From Candidatus Omnitrophota bacterium (GTDB lineage: Bacteria; Omnitrophota; Gorgyraeia; Gygaellales; Profunditerraquicolaceae): 64,000 bases of DNA. The stretch lies in the NCBI GenBank assembly GCA_028716245.1, contig JAQUQW010000001.1:388322-452321 (forward strand), in the 5' to 3' direction. This document shows, piece by piece, positions 19,386 to 28,494 of the stretch. The stretch's first letter is position 1, and each line of letters opens with the position of its first letter. A program made the translations under genes and the position numbers. Under the pieces are notes generated by a model. The model saw nothing but the letters and a program-made list of their open reading frames with translations. It made no database searches and was not told where the DNA came from.

Positions 19386-20676
19386 AATAGGAATAGGTAT
19401 TTTTATATTTTTATTCAGCTACTACATCATCGGCCTGAATCCGGCAATACCATTCCTTTTAATCATCCTTTATTTGTGTTTTTATGAAAATTTTTCTAAG
19501 ATAAAAAGCGCGACCCTGGCTAATTTAAGCTTACTTTATCTGGTTTCTTTCTCAATCGGCTATACTCTGCTCAAAAACGGAATAACCATTTACCTTATTC
19601 CGATCACGATTATCCCGATGCTGGGGGTTCTTTTATTCAATAATCTGGCGATAGCTTACTTTTTATCATTAGGCACCTGCCTATCCCTGGCAATCCTAAG
19701 TCCGGAGCCATTTAAGGCGGGGTTTGTTTTAATGACCTCATGCGTAGGCGCAATACTCTGGGTAAAAGGAGCCCGTAAACGCACAAAGGTAATCCAGGCA
19801 GGGGCAATTGCCGGGATCCTGCAGTTGGCCAGCTTAATCCTTCTTGAACACTTGTGGATCAATCAACCGCAGCGGTATTTAATAATTTTAATTAACGGCC
19901 TGCTTTGCGGAGTGGTTACCTTGGGCGTTCTTCCGCTATTTGAATATCTCCTGCAGAGAGTAACCAACATCAGCTTGCTGGAACTGGCTGATTTTAACCA
20001 ACCGCTCTTACAACGCATGATCCTTGAAGCACCCGGTACTTATCACCACAGCCTGGTTGTCGGTAATCTTGCAGATACCGCTTCCGTCGCCATCGGGGCC
20101 AACGGCTTGTTGGCCAGAATCGGAGCATATTATCACGATATAGGAAAATTGCAGAAACCGGAATATTTTATCGAAAACCAAGATATAAGAAAAAACGCGC
20201 ATGATACTCTTTCTCCGACCATGAGTAAATTAATTATTATGAACCATGTCAAAGAAGGGCTGGAACTTGCCAAAAAATACTCATTAACCCCTGTACTACG
20301 GGATTTTATCCAACAGCATCACGGCAGCAGCCTGGTTTATTATTTTTACCGCCGGGCCCTGGAAGGCAAAGAAGAGGACCAGGAGGTAACCGAAGAGGGA
20401 TTCCGATATCCGGGCCCAAAACCGGAAACTTTAGAAACGGCAATCGTGCTATTAGCCGACTCCGTAGAGGCGGCCACCCGCTCCCTGAAAGACCCCGCTC
20501 CGGATAAAATCGAAGAGATGGTGCATAAAATAATAAATAATAAATTTATTGACGGCCAGCTTGATGAATGCGAATTGACCTTAAAAGATATCGAGAAGAT
20601 ATCCAGCGTTTTTACTAAAATATTAAGCGGCATATACCACAGCCGGCTAAATTACCCTCAAGAACCAGAGAAATGA
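19366..20676 (+). CDS. 7TM receptor with intracellular HD/HDIG hydrolase domain (YqfF-like)
   Basis: 7 predicted TM helices followed by the HD motif HHSLVVGNLA...YYHDIGK. Confidence 0.75.
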   Translation: MKKLFAKIGIGIFIFLFSYYIIGLNPAIPFLLIILYLCFYENFSKIKSATLANLSLLYLVSFSIGYTLLKNGITIYLIPITIIPMLGVLLFNNLAIAYFLSLGTCLSLAILSPEPFKAGFVLMTSCVGAILWVKGARKRTKVIQAGAIAGILQLASLILLEHLWINQPQRYLIILINGLLCGVVTLGVLPLFEYLLQRVTNISLLELADFNQPLLQRMILEAPGTYHHSLVVGNLADTASVAIGANGLLARIGAYYHDIGKLQKPEYFIENQDIRKNAHDTLSPTMSKLIIMNHVKEGLELAKKYSLTPVLRDFIQQHHGSSLVYYFYRRALEGKEEDQEVTEEGFRYPGPKPETLETAIVLLADSVEAATRSLKDPAPDKIEEMVHKIINNKFIDGQLDECELTLKDIEKISSVFTKILSGIYHSRLNYPQEPEK

Positions 20677-21086
20677 AAATAACCATAAAAAACCTGCAGA
20701 ATAAAATAGCTGTTCATCCGAAAAAAATAAAAAATTTAATCCATAAGGTCCTTAAGGGAGAACGGGTAAAAGAATCGGGCTGGATAAATATTTGTTTTGT
20801 AAATAATTCGCTGATTAAAAAATTCAACGCAAAATTCCTGAAAACCAACAGCGCAACCGATGTTTTGGCCTTTAACTTAGGATATGGAAAAAAAATTATC
20901 TTAGCCGATATTATGATCTCTACCGATACCGCAATAGAACAGGCCGCTGTTTTTAAAACCACTCCTGATTATGAATTACTGCTCTACATAGTCCACGGCA
21001 TATTGCATATATTAGGTTACAACGACCGCACTCAACCCCAGACCAAGCTGATGCGCAAAAAAGAAAGCCAATATGTCGATAGATAA
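20673..21086 (+). CDS. ybeY: rRNA maturation endoribonuclease YbeY
   Basis: H..HG.LH..GY zinc-binding motif (HGILHILGYNDRT); 137 aa. Confidence 0.8.
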   Translation: MKITIKNLQNKIAVHPKKIKNLIHKVLKGERVKESGWINICFVNNSLIKKFNAKFLKTNSATDVLAFNLGYGKKIILADIMISTDTAIEQAAVFKTTPDYELLLYIVHGILHILGYNDRTQPQTKLMRKKESQYVDR

Positions 21087-21831
21087 AGCCCAGGGCATCG
21101 TATTGAACAAGCGTGATTTACGGGAAACCTCGATAATTGCCGATTTTTATACCAAAGAATTCGGAAAAATAAGCGGGATACTCAAAGGGATCCGGACTGA
21201 GCCGGAAAAATTTGCCTCAAACTTAGAACCATTTTCTTTGAATGAAATCATCTTCTACAGAAAAACTAATTCCAACTTACATTTGATAAGCCAGGCGGAT
21301 AAACTAGATAACTTTACCTGTGCCCGGCAAAGTATCGACCGGACAACCACCGCCGGCTTTATGGTCGAACTGATCAATTCCATAATGCAACCTGAGGACA
21401 AAAATGAGGAGATCTTTAATCTGGCCCTGGCCAGCCTTAAAGAACTGGAAACCAACTATAACCCGGAAAAAATCGCAACTATTTTTAAAATAAAGATACT
21501 GAGCCTTTCCGGGTTTAAACCGCATTTTGACTCCTGTGTTTGCTGCATGGATAAAATAATGGGCCAATCCAAGTTCAGCCTTTCTTTAGGCGGGCTGCTT
21601 TGCCCGCGCTGCATGCCAAAAGATCCTAGCAGCCGTGCGATCTTCCGGGGAACCATCGCCACAGTTTTACATATCGAAAGAAACAGCTTTACCAGCAGCC
21701 TTAGCCTGGGAATGAACCCGCAGATAAAAAAGGAGCTGGATTTAATCCTGAATTCATTCTTAAACTTTCATCTTGGCCGTGAACTGAAATCGCAGAAACT
21801 GATTAATAAATTAGAGGTCGCCGTAGGATAA
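21073..21831 (+). CDS. recO: DNA repair protein RecO
   Basis: N-terminal OB fold (GIVLNKRDLRETS) and a C-terminal CxxC...CxxC zinc motif; conserved position after ybeY. Confidence 0.75.
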   Translation: MSIDKAQGIVLNKRDLRETSIIADFYTKEFGKISGILKGIRTEPEKFASNLEPFSLNEIIFYRKTNSNLHLISQADKLDNFTCARQSIDRTTTAGFMVELINSIMQPEDKNEEIFNLALASLKELETNYNPEKIATIFKIKILSLSGFKPHFDSCVCCMDKIMGQSKFSLSLGGLLCPRCMPKDPSSRAIFRGTIATVLHIERNSFTSSLSLGMNPQIKKELDLILNSFLNFHLGRELKSQKLINKLEVAVG

Positions 21832-21846
21832 ACAAGGATAAAGCAT

Positions 21847-22773
21847 ATGAAAATTGTCGTTGTCGGTTCAGGAGCAATGGGATCACTTTTTGCCGCCTTT
21901 TTAACCAAGTCAAAAGAGGAACTCTGGCTCCTGGATAAAAATAAAGAGAGTGCCGCCAAAATAAACGCGTCCGGGATCTCTTTAGAAGGGGTGTCGGGAT
22001 CCTGGCAGGCAAAAGTAAAAACTACAGCCAATACCGAAGATATCGGCAAGGCCGATTTAGTGCTGATCTGCGTAAAGGCATTCAATACCAAATCCGCGGT
22101 TGAACAAATCAAGCCCATCCTTGGCCAAAATACCAAAATCTTAACCTTGCAAAACGGGATTGGAAATGTCGAAATTATTTCCGAAATAGCCGGAGAACAA
22201 AGGGTGATTGCCGGAATAACCAGCCAAGGCGCAACCCTGATTGAAACCGGAAAAATCCGCCACGCCGGAAGCGGTGAGACCATCATCGGGGCAATCGACG
22301 GCAAAACCCCGGTTGAACTGCGGGCAATCCGCGAAATATTTAATAAGGTTGGCCTTGAAACTAAAATGTCCCGCGATATAAAAAGCCTGATCTGGTCGAA
22401 ATTAATTATTAACGTAGGCATTAATGCCCTCACGGCAATTACCCGGCTGCCCAATGGGAAGCTGCCTGAATACGAAGGGACAAAAAGAATCCTAAGAGAC
22501 GCGGTCACCGAAGCCGCGCGCATCGCTAAAAGAAAACGCATAAAATTAATCTTTGATGACCCCCTGGCAAAAGTTGAAGCTGTTTGCGAGGGCACATCGG
22601 ATAATCTTTCATCGATGCTCCAGGATGTATTAAGAAAAAAACGTACCGAGATTGACTTTATTAACGGAGTAATCGTGCGTTTAGGGCAAGAGATGGGCAT
22701 CAGCGTGCCAACCAATAAACTCCTGCTGGATTTAATAAAGACTATTGAATCAAGCTACGAGTATTCAGCATAG
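21847..22773 (+). CDS. panE: 2-dehydropantoate 2-reductase
   Basis: N-terminal Rossmann IVVVGSGAMGS and the ApbA/KPR C-terminal domain; 308 aa. Confidence 0.8.
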   Translation: MKIVVVGSGAMGSLFAAFLTKSKEELWLLDKNKESAAKINASGISLEGVSGSWQAKVKTTANTEDIGKADLVLICVKAFNTKSAVEQIKPILGQNTKILTLQNGIGNVEIISEIAGEQRVIAGITSQGATLIETGKIRHAGSGETIIGAIDGKTPVELRAIREIFNKVGLETKMSRDIKSLIWSKLIINVGINALTAITRLPNGKLPEYEGTKRILRDAVTEAARIAKRKRIKLIFDDPLAKVEAVCEGTSDNLSSMLQDVLRKKRTEIDFINGVIVRLGQEMGISVPTNKLLLDLIKTIESSYEYSA

Positions 22774-22875
22774 ATCTTAAGATGGCTTTTAGTTCAAAAA
22801 CCCGCAAGTATTTAGTAGTTTTTTTAATAACCGGCTGGCTGGTCAGTTTAATTTATTTTATTTTTAAGAACAAAT

Positions 22876-23700
22876 ATGGACATTAAAGATATCCTGGAAT
22901 TAAAAAATAAACGTAAAATTACCATGCTCACTGCTTACGACTATCCTACCGCTAATCTAGTCGATAAGGCGGGAATAGACATGGTCCTGGTCGGAGACTC
23001 ACTGGCTAATGTTGTGCTTGGCCTGGAATCAACTACCCAAGTGGGCATGGCTGAAATGCTGCATCATACCAAAGCCGTAAGGCGCGCTGTTAAAAGCGCC
23101 CTGCTTATCGCGGATATGCCTTTTGACTCTTATCAGGCTAATCCGCAAGATGCGGTAAAAAACGCAAAACGATTTATTGAAGAAACCGGAGCTCAGGCAG
23201 TTAAATTAGAATGGTTTGCGCTCTGCCCGGAAATAACCAAACAGATCATTAACGCGGGTATACCGGTTATGGGCCATATCGGCTTGACTCCCCAGACTGC
23301 GGATAAAATCGGAGGATTTAAAGTGCAAGGCAAGGACGCCCAAGCCGCCCAAAAGCTGATTGATCAAGCTGTGGCATTAGAAAAATTGGGGTGCTTTGCT
23401 GTTGTTTTAGAGTGCGTGCCTGATAAAATATCCGAGTTGATTACTAAAAAAATTAAAATACCGACTATCGGAATTGGAGCAGGGGTACATTGCGATGGGC
23501 AGGTCCTGGTTATTAACGATATGCTGGGCCTCTTTGAACGCTATACCCCGAAATTTGTCAAAAAATACGCTCATCTTTCTGAGATAATTCTAAAAGCTGT
23601 TGAGGATTTTAAAGACGAAGTTATCCGAGAAAAATTCCCGGATTTAGAGCATTCTTTTACGATCAAAGAAGAGGAATTTAAAAAACTACATGGCAACTAA
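22876..23700 (+). CDS. panB: 3-methyl-2-oxobutanoate hydroxymethyltransferase
   Basis: KPHMT family (MLTAYDYPTA, VGDSLANV, MGHIGLTPQ); 274 aa. Confidence 0.9.
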   Translation: MDIKDILELKNKRKITMLTAYDYPTANLVDKAGIDMVLVGDSLANVVLGLESTTQVGMAEMLHHTKAVRRAVKSALLIADMPFDSYQANPQDAVKNAKRFIEETGAQAVKLEWFALCPEITKQIINAGIPVMGHIGLTPQTADKIGGFKVQGKDAQAAQKLIDQAVALEKLGCFAVVLECVPDKISELITKKIKIPTIGIGAGVHCDGQVLVINDMLGLFERYTPKFVKKYAHLSEIILKAVEDFKDEVIREKFPDLEHSFTIKEEEFKKLHGN

Positions 23701-24418
23701 ACGGTTTTTCAAATATTTAATCGGTATAATTGTGCTTAGTTTAAGTTTGGCTTTTGTAATCAAGTTTGCCGGGCCAAATATCCTAAAGCAGTATATCTCC
23801 TACGGCATAGGAAATTGTAAAAACATCCCTATTCTCTGCATGCAGCCGCAAGATACTACCTTTAAGCCTGAAATTAATAAAGAATATCTGGACACCTTAA
23901 TTCCGCAGAATTTCCCGAAAATGTCGGTTGCGGTACCCAGGGGCTTTACCCTGGTGCAGGAATTAATCAAACGGGTCTACTACAAAAAAAATCATTTTAA
24001 TAATCACACCAATAATAAAGCGGTTATTTATCTTTTGTTCCAGGAACCGGGGGCATTTATCAAGCTTTACCCGGACGTGCGAAAACAGGGGATAAAGGAT
24101 AATGCCGAATTCCTCCGCCGCCTTATGCGTGCCAATCTTGACCAAGTTAATAATATCACCGACGCCTTCTTTGTGATTATGAAAAGCGTATTTACTCCTG
24201 ATATCGGAAACCAAAGCACGGCTAAAATGATCAAATTCGAATTAGGCCAGATTAAAGGTTTCATCAATTACACAATGGCAAAACCGGATAATTATTTTGA
24301 TTGCAATGTCCTTGATGAAAAAGACAACTTTTTTAAAGTATATATAAAAGATGGCGGAGCGCGCCTGGACCTAAACAACGTATTTGCAATAATCTCAACG
24401 CTAAAGCCGATTAAATAA
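23690..24418 (+). CDS. membrane-anchored hypothetical protein
   Basis: N-terminal TM or signal anchor; no recognisable domain. Confidence 0.4.
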   Translation: MATKRFFKYLIGIIVLSLSLAFVIKFAGPNILKQYISYGIGNCKNIPILCMQPQDTTFKPEINKEYLDTLIPQNFPKMSVAVPRGFTLVQELIKRVYYKKNHFNNHTNNKAVIYLLFQEPGAFIKLYPDVRKQGIKDNAEFLRRLMRANLDQVNNITDAFFVIMKSVFTPDIGNQSTAKMIKFELGQIKGFINYTMAKPDNYFDCNVLDEKDNFFKVYIKDGGARLDLNNVFAIISTLKPIK

Positions 24419-24426
24419 TTATAAAA

Positions 24427-27030
24427 TTGACCAAAGAACAATTAACCATGGATATTTTTAAAACAAAAAATAATGTAATAAATATCGGCCCAAAAAACCA
24501 GATATTGGATTTTGATTATCTGGGATGCGCTAAAGAGGTCCTTTTTGATAAATTAAAAACTTCGCAAAAAGGGATTACGGAACAAGAGGCCAAAAAACGG
24601 CTTCTGGAGTATGGGCTCAATGAGCCAGCCAAGAAAAAGAAACGCAACATACTTAAAGAAATTTTTTCCAAGTTCCTTAACCCTCTGGTTATAGTATTGC
24701 TGGTTATTTGCGCTTTTTCGTTGTTTTTCGGCGAGAAAATCAGCGCCCTGATCGTTTTCCTTATGGCGGTGATGAGCGTGATGCTTGCTTTTATCCAAGA
24801 GCACCGCGCCAGTAAAGCCGCCGAAAAACTCAGCGAAATGGTGCGCACTACCGCCACGGTGCTGCGTAACGGAAAATCCAAAGAAATAAGCATCCGGGAA
24901 ATCGTCCCCGGGGATATAGTTGACCTTTTCGCAGGAGACATGATCCCTGCCGACTTAAGGATCATATCCTGCAAAGACCTGTTCATCAATCAGGCTTCTT
25001 TGACCGGCGAATCCTTCCCAATCGAAAAAATATGCGTACCCATTACGCCAAAAAATAATTCCATAACCGAATTGACCAATATCGCTTTTATGGGCTCAAG
25101 CGTGGTCAGCGGGACCGCCCTGGCGGTAGTCATCAAAACCGGTATCGCTACTCAATTCGGCGAACTTTCCCGCAAACTGGCAACCATGCGCATTGAAACC
25201 AGTTTTGATAAAGGTGTAAACAAATTTACCATGCTCATGGTCAAAGCAATGGTTTGTATGGTGGTATTTATTTTTGCGATCATCGCCTTGCGGCACGGAA
25301 ATTTTATCGAAGCCCTGCTTTTTTCATTGGGCGTGGCCGTCGGGCTTGCCCCGGAGATGCTGCCGATGATCGTAACCTTAAATCTTTCTAAAGGCGCTAT
25401 CGCCATGTCCAAAAAAGATGTGATCGTTAAACGCCTTAATTCCATCCAGAATTTCGGCGCCATGGATGTCTTATGCACGGATAAGACCGGCACCCTGACC
25501 ATGGATAAGATTATCTTAGAAAAACATTGCGATGTGGTCAGAAAAGAAGACGCCGATACCTTACGTTACGCTTATATTAATAGTTTTTATCAGACCGGAC
25601 TGAAAAACCTCTTAGACCGGGCAATCCTTAAACATGAAAAATTACTGGTTCAGGAATATACAAAAATAGATGAGATACCTTTTGATTTCTCCAGGAAAAT
25701 CATGTCGGTAGTGGTGGCGGCAGAAGACAAGCACAAAATTATTTCCAAGGGCGCTCCGGAAGAGATTTTCAAAAGATGCCTGCAATATGAATTGGACGGA
25801 GAAATTTTTGACATCGACCCGCTGATTATTTCGGATTTAAAGGAAGAATTCGATTCTTTAAGCGCCGACGGTTTCCGGGTTTTGGCCATTGCCTATAAAA
25901 ATTTCGAAAATAATAAAGAGGCCTATTCAAAAGACGATGAAAAAGAATTGATCCTTAAAGGCTATATCGCTTTTCTTGACCCTCCCAAACCCAGCGCCAG
26001 AAGGGCAATCCAAGCGCTTAAAAAGTTAGGAATAGATTTTAAGGTCTTAACCGGAGACAACGAACTGGTTACCAAAAAAATATGCAGTGAGGTTGGCTTG
26101 GACGTTAAGGGGCTGGTTACCGGGGAGCGGGTCGAAAAATCAGATGATCTCCAATTGCGGGAATTAGTAAAAACAACCAATATTTTTGCCCGGCTGTCGC
26201 CGATGCAAAAGGAAAGAGTGATTGCCGCTCTCCATGTAAACGGCCACATTGTGGGGTATCTGGGTGACGGCATAAACGACGCTCCGGCTTTAAAAACTTC
26301 GGATGTCGGCATTTCGGTGAATAACGCCGTAGATATCGCCAAAGAATCAGCGGATATCATCCTGCTTAAAAAGAGCCTGATGGTCTTAGAGGACGGGGTA
26401 ATCGAAGGCAGGAAAACATTCGGAAATATCGTTAAGTACATTAAAATGGGCTCGAGCTCCAACTTCGGCAATATGTTCAGTATGACCGGCGGCAGCCTGT
26501 TTCTGCCTTTCTTGCCGATGCTGCCGATCCAGATACTTCTCAATAATTTCCTTTATGATGTGTCGCAGATAGCCATACCTACGGATCAGGTTGATAAAGA
26601 ATACGTGATTAAACCCCGGCCCTGGAATATTAAGTATATCCGGAATTTTATGGTAATTATCGGGCCAATCAGCTCGATATATGACTTTCTTACTTACGGG
26701 GTGATGTTATTTATTTTTCACGCCCAAGCCGAGCTTTTTCATACCGGGTGGTTTATCGAATCATTGTGCACCCAGACCTTGGTGATCCATATAATCCGGA
26801 CGGGAAAAATCCCTTTTATCGAGAGCCGGCCAAGCCGGTTCTTAATGTTCATGTCGGTGATCATCGTTTCCATAGGCATGGCCATACCGTTTACTCCGCT
26901 GGCTAAACCTTTTGGATTTGTCAAACCGCCTCCGATGTACTTCCTAGCCTTATTCATTATGGTAGTTACGTATTTATTTTTTGTGCAAGCAGTCAAAAAA
27001 TGGTTTATCCGAAAATACGGTTATGAATAA
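24427..27030 (+). CDS. mgtA: magnesium-translocating P-type ATPase
   Basis: DKTGTLT phosphorylation motif, TGES, GDGINDAPAL; MgtA-like N-terminus and 10-TM layout; 867 aa. Confidence 0.85.
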   Translation: MTKEQLTMDIFKTKNNVINIGPKNQILDFDYLGCAKEVLFDKLKTSQKGITEQEAKKRLLEYGLNEPAKKKKRNILKEIFSKFLNPLVIVLLVICAFSLFFGEKISALIVFLMAVMSVMLAFIQEHRASKAAEKLSEMVRTTATVLRNGKSKEISIREIVPGDIVDLFAGDMIPADLRIISCKDLFINQASLTGESFPIEKICVPITPKNNSITELTNIAFMGSSVVSGTALAVVIKTGIATQFGELSRKLATMRIETSFDKGVNKFTMLMVKAMVCMVVFIFAIIALRHGNFIEALLFSLGVAVGLAPEMLPMIVTLNLSKGAIAMSKKDVIVKRLNSIQNFGAMDVLCTDKTGTLTMDKIILEKHCDVVRKEDADTLRYAYINSFYQTGLKNLLDRAILKHEKLLVQEYTKIDEIPFDFSRKIMSVVVAAEDKHKIISKGAPEEIFKRCLQYELDGEIFDIDPLIISDLKEEFDSLSADGFRVLAIAYKNFENNKEAYSKDDEKELILKGYIAFLDPPKPSARRAIQALKKLGIDFKVLTGDNELVTKKICSEVGLDVKGLVTGERVEKSDDLQLRELVKTTNIFARLSPMQKERVIAALHVNGHIVGYLGDGINDAPALKTSDVGISVNNAVDIAKESADIILLKKSLMVLEDGVIEGRKTFGNIVKYIKMGSSSNFGNMFSMTGGSLFLPFLPMLPIQILLNNFLYDVSQIAIPTDQVDKEYVIKPRPWNIKYIRNFMVIIGPISSIYDFLTYGVMLFIFHAQAELFHTGWFIESLCTQTLVIHIIRTGKIPFIESRPSRFLMFMSVIIVSIGMAIPFTPLAKPFGFVKPPPMYFLALFIMVVTYLFFVQAVKKWFIRKYGYE

Positions 27031-27132
27031 TGTACGCTCTTATAGCGGGTGACGATGACTGGATTCGACGACGCTTCAGGCGGAGGAGAAACAGTCATCG
27101 GCAGGACCCGCGCATATAATCTCACTTGACTT

Positions 27133-27151
27133 TTAACTTAATTTAAGTTAA
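27133..27151. promoter_or_regulatory. 19-bp perfect palindrome TTAACTTAA-T-TTAAGTTAA upstream of glyQS
   Basis: Seen in sequence, 13 nt upstream of ATG 27164; candidate operator. Confidence 0.3.
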
Positions 27152-27163
27152 AAATAAAAGACT

Positions 27164-28468
27164 ATGGCAGAAAACTTAATGGATAAGATTGCTTCCCTGT
27201 GCAAACGCAGGGGATTTATTTTCCAGGGAAGCGAAATTTACGGCGGCTTAAGCAATACCTGGGATTACGGCCCCTACGGCGTAGAATTAAAAAATAGCCT
27301 TAAACGCGCCTGGTGGAAGGCTTGCGTCTATGAGAGAAATGATGTCTTAGGCATGGATGCCGCCATTCTTATGCACCCTAAGGTCTGGGAAGCCAGCGGA
27401 CATGTTGAAAATTTCTTTGATTTAAAAAGCGACTGCAAGGTATGTAAAAAACGTTTTAAGACCGCGGATTTAAAAGATAGATCTATTTGCCCCGAATGTT
27501 CCGGTGAACTTACCGAATCCCGCCCGTTTAATTTAATGTTTAAGACTCACCAGGGCCCGATAGAAGATGCCTCTAACTCAATCCACCTGCGTCCGGAAAC
27601 TGCCCAGGGTATGTTTGTAAATTTCCAGAATATCCTGGATTCAAAACACCCCAAACTCCCTTTTGGCTTAGCCCAAATCGGAAAATCTTTTCGCAATGAA
27701 ATCACTCCGGGAAACTTTACCTTCCGCACCCGCGAATTTGAACAGATGGAGATTGAATATTTTGTTAAACCGGCTGATGCCGAAAAAGCTCATCAAGAAT
27801 GGGTCAAAAACCGCTTCGACTGGTATCTGGGGCTGGGAATTAAAAAAGAAAACTTGCGGCTGCGCCAGCATGGTAAAGATGAACTAGCGCATTATGCCCA
27901 TGCCTGCCTGGATATTGAATATAATTTTCCTTTTGGCTGGTCGGAGCTGGAGGGGATCGCCAACCGCTCGGATTTTGATTTAAAGCAGCACGCCCGATAC
28001 AGCGGCAAAGACCTGCAATTCTTCGATGACTCCACAAAAGAAAAATTTTATCCTTATATAATCGAGCCTTCCGGCGGCGTTGACCGGGCAGTCTTGGCTT
28101 TTCTAATTGACGCTTATCATGAAGAAAAAGTCAGGGAAGATACCCGGGTGGTCTTAAAATTAAACAAAGAACTTTCACCTGTTAAAGTCGCGGTGCTGCC
28201 GCTTCTGAGAAACCGGCCGGAGATTGTTGAGCTGGCTAAAAAAATCACCCAGGAGCTGAAAAAAATTACGATTGCAGTTTATGATGATACCGGCTCAATC
28301 GGCAAGCTTTACCGCCGGCAGGATGAAGTAGGCACTCTTTACTGCCTAACTGTGGATGTGCAAACACTGGAAGATAAACAGGTAACCGTGCGCGATCGCG
28401 ACACTATGCAGCAAGTAAGGATTTCAATCGATAAATTAAAAGAATATTTGATCAACCAACTAACTTAA
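27164..28468 (+). CDS. glyQS: glycyl-tRNA synthetase (alpha2 dimeric type)
   Basis: Class II core with a Zn-knuckle-like insertion (CKVCKK...CPEC) and C-terminal anticodon-binding domain; 434 aa. Confidence 0.9.
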   Translation: MAENLMDKIASLCKRRGFIFQGSEIYGGLSNTWDYGPYGVELKNSLKRAWWKACVYERNDVLGMDAAILMHPKVWEASGHVENFFDLKSDCKVCKKRFKTADLKDRSICPECSGELTESRPFNLMFKTHQGPIEDASNSIHLRPETAQGMFVNFQNILDSKHPKLPFGLAQIGKSFRNEITPGNFTFRTREFEQMEIEYFVKPADAEKAHQEWVKNRFDWYLGLGIKKENLRLRQHGKDELAHYAHACLDIEYNFPFGWSELEGIANRSDFDLKQHARYSGKDLQFFDDSTKEKFYPYIIEPSGGVDRAVLAFLIDAYHEEKVREDTRVVLKLNKELSPVKVAVLPLLRNRPEIVELAKKITQELKKITIAVYDDTGSIGKLYRRQDEVGTLYCLTVDVQTLEDKQVTVRDRDTMQQVRISIDKLKEYLINQLT

Positions 28469-28494
28469 TTAGGAAAGGAAGGGTTTAAAAAGTA

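Noticed and set aside
21768-22715. 315-aa ORF on the minus strand
   Set aside because: Lies entirely antisense to panE, which has clear Rossmann/KPR homology. The product is low-complexity, Ser/Pro/Arg-rich, with no motif. Judged a shadow ORF.
22782-22886. 34-aa hydrophobic sORF overlapping the panB start
   Set aside because: No Shine-Dalgarno, it runs into the panB ATG out of frame, and the composition is leucine/phenylalanine-rich. Likely chance.
24516-26543. Several 80-190-aa minus-strand ORFs inside mgtA
   Set aside because: Antisense to a full-length P-type ATPase with intact DKTGT/TGES/GDGINDAP motifs. No RBS and no motif.
27031-27163. Possible T-box leader upstream of glyQS
   Set aside because: The spacer is only about 130 nt and lacks a specifier-loop/T-box sequence (AATTAGGGTGGNACCGCG type), so it is too short for a T-box. 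Only a local inverted repeat and a 19-bp palindrome were retained.
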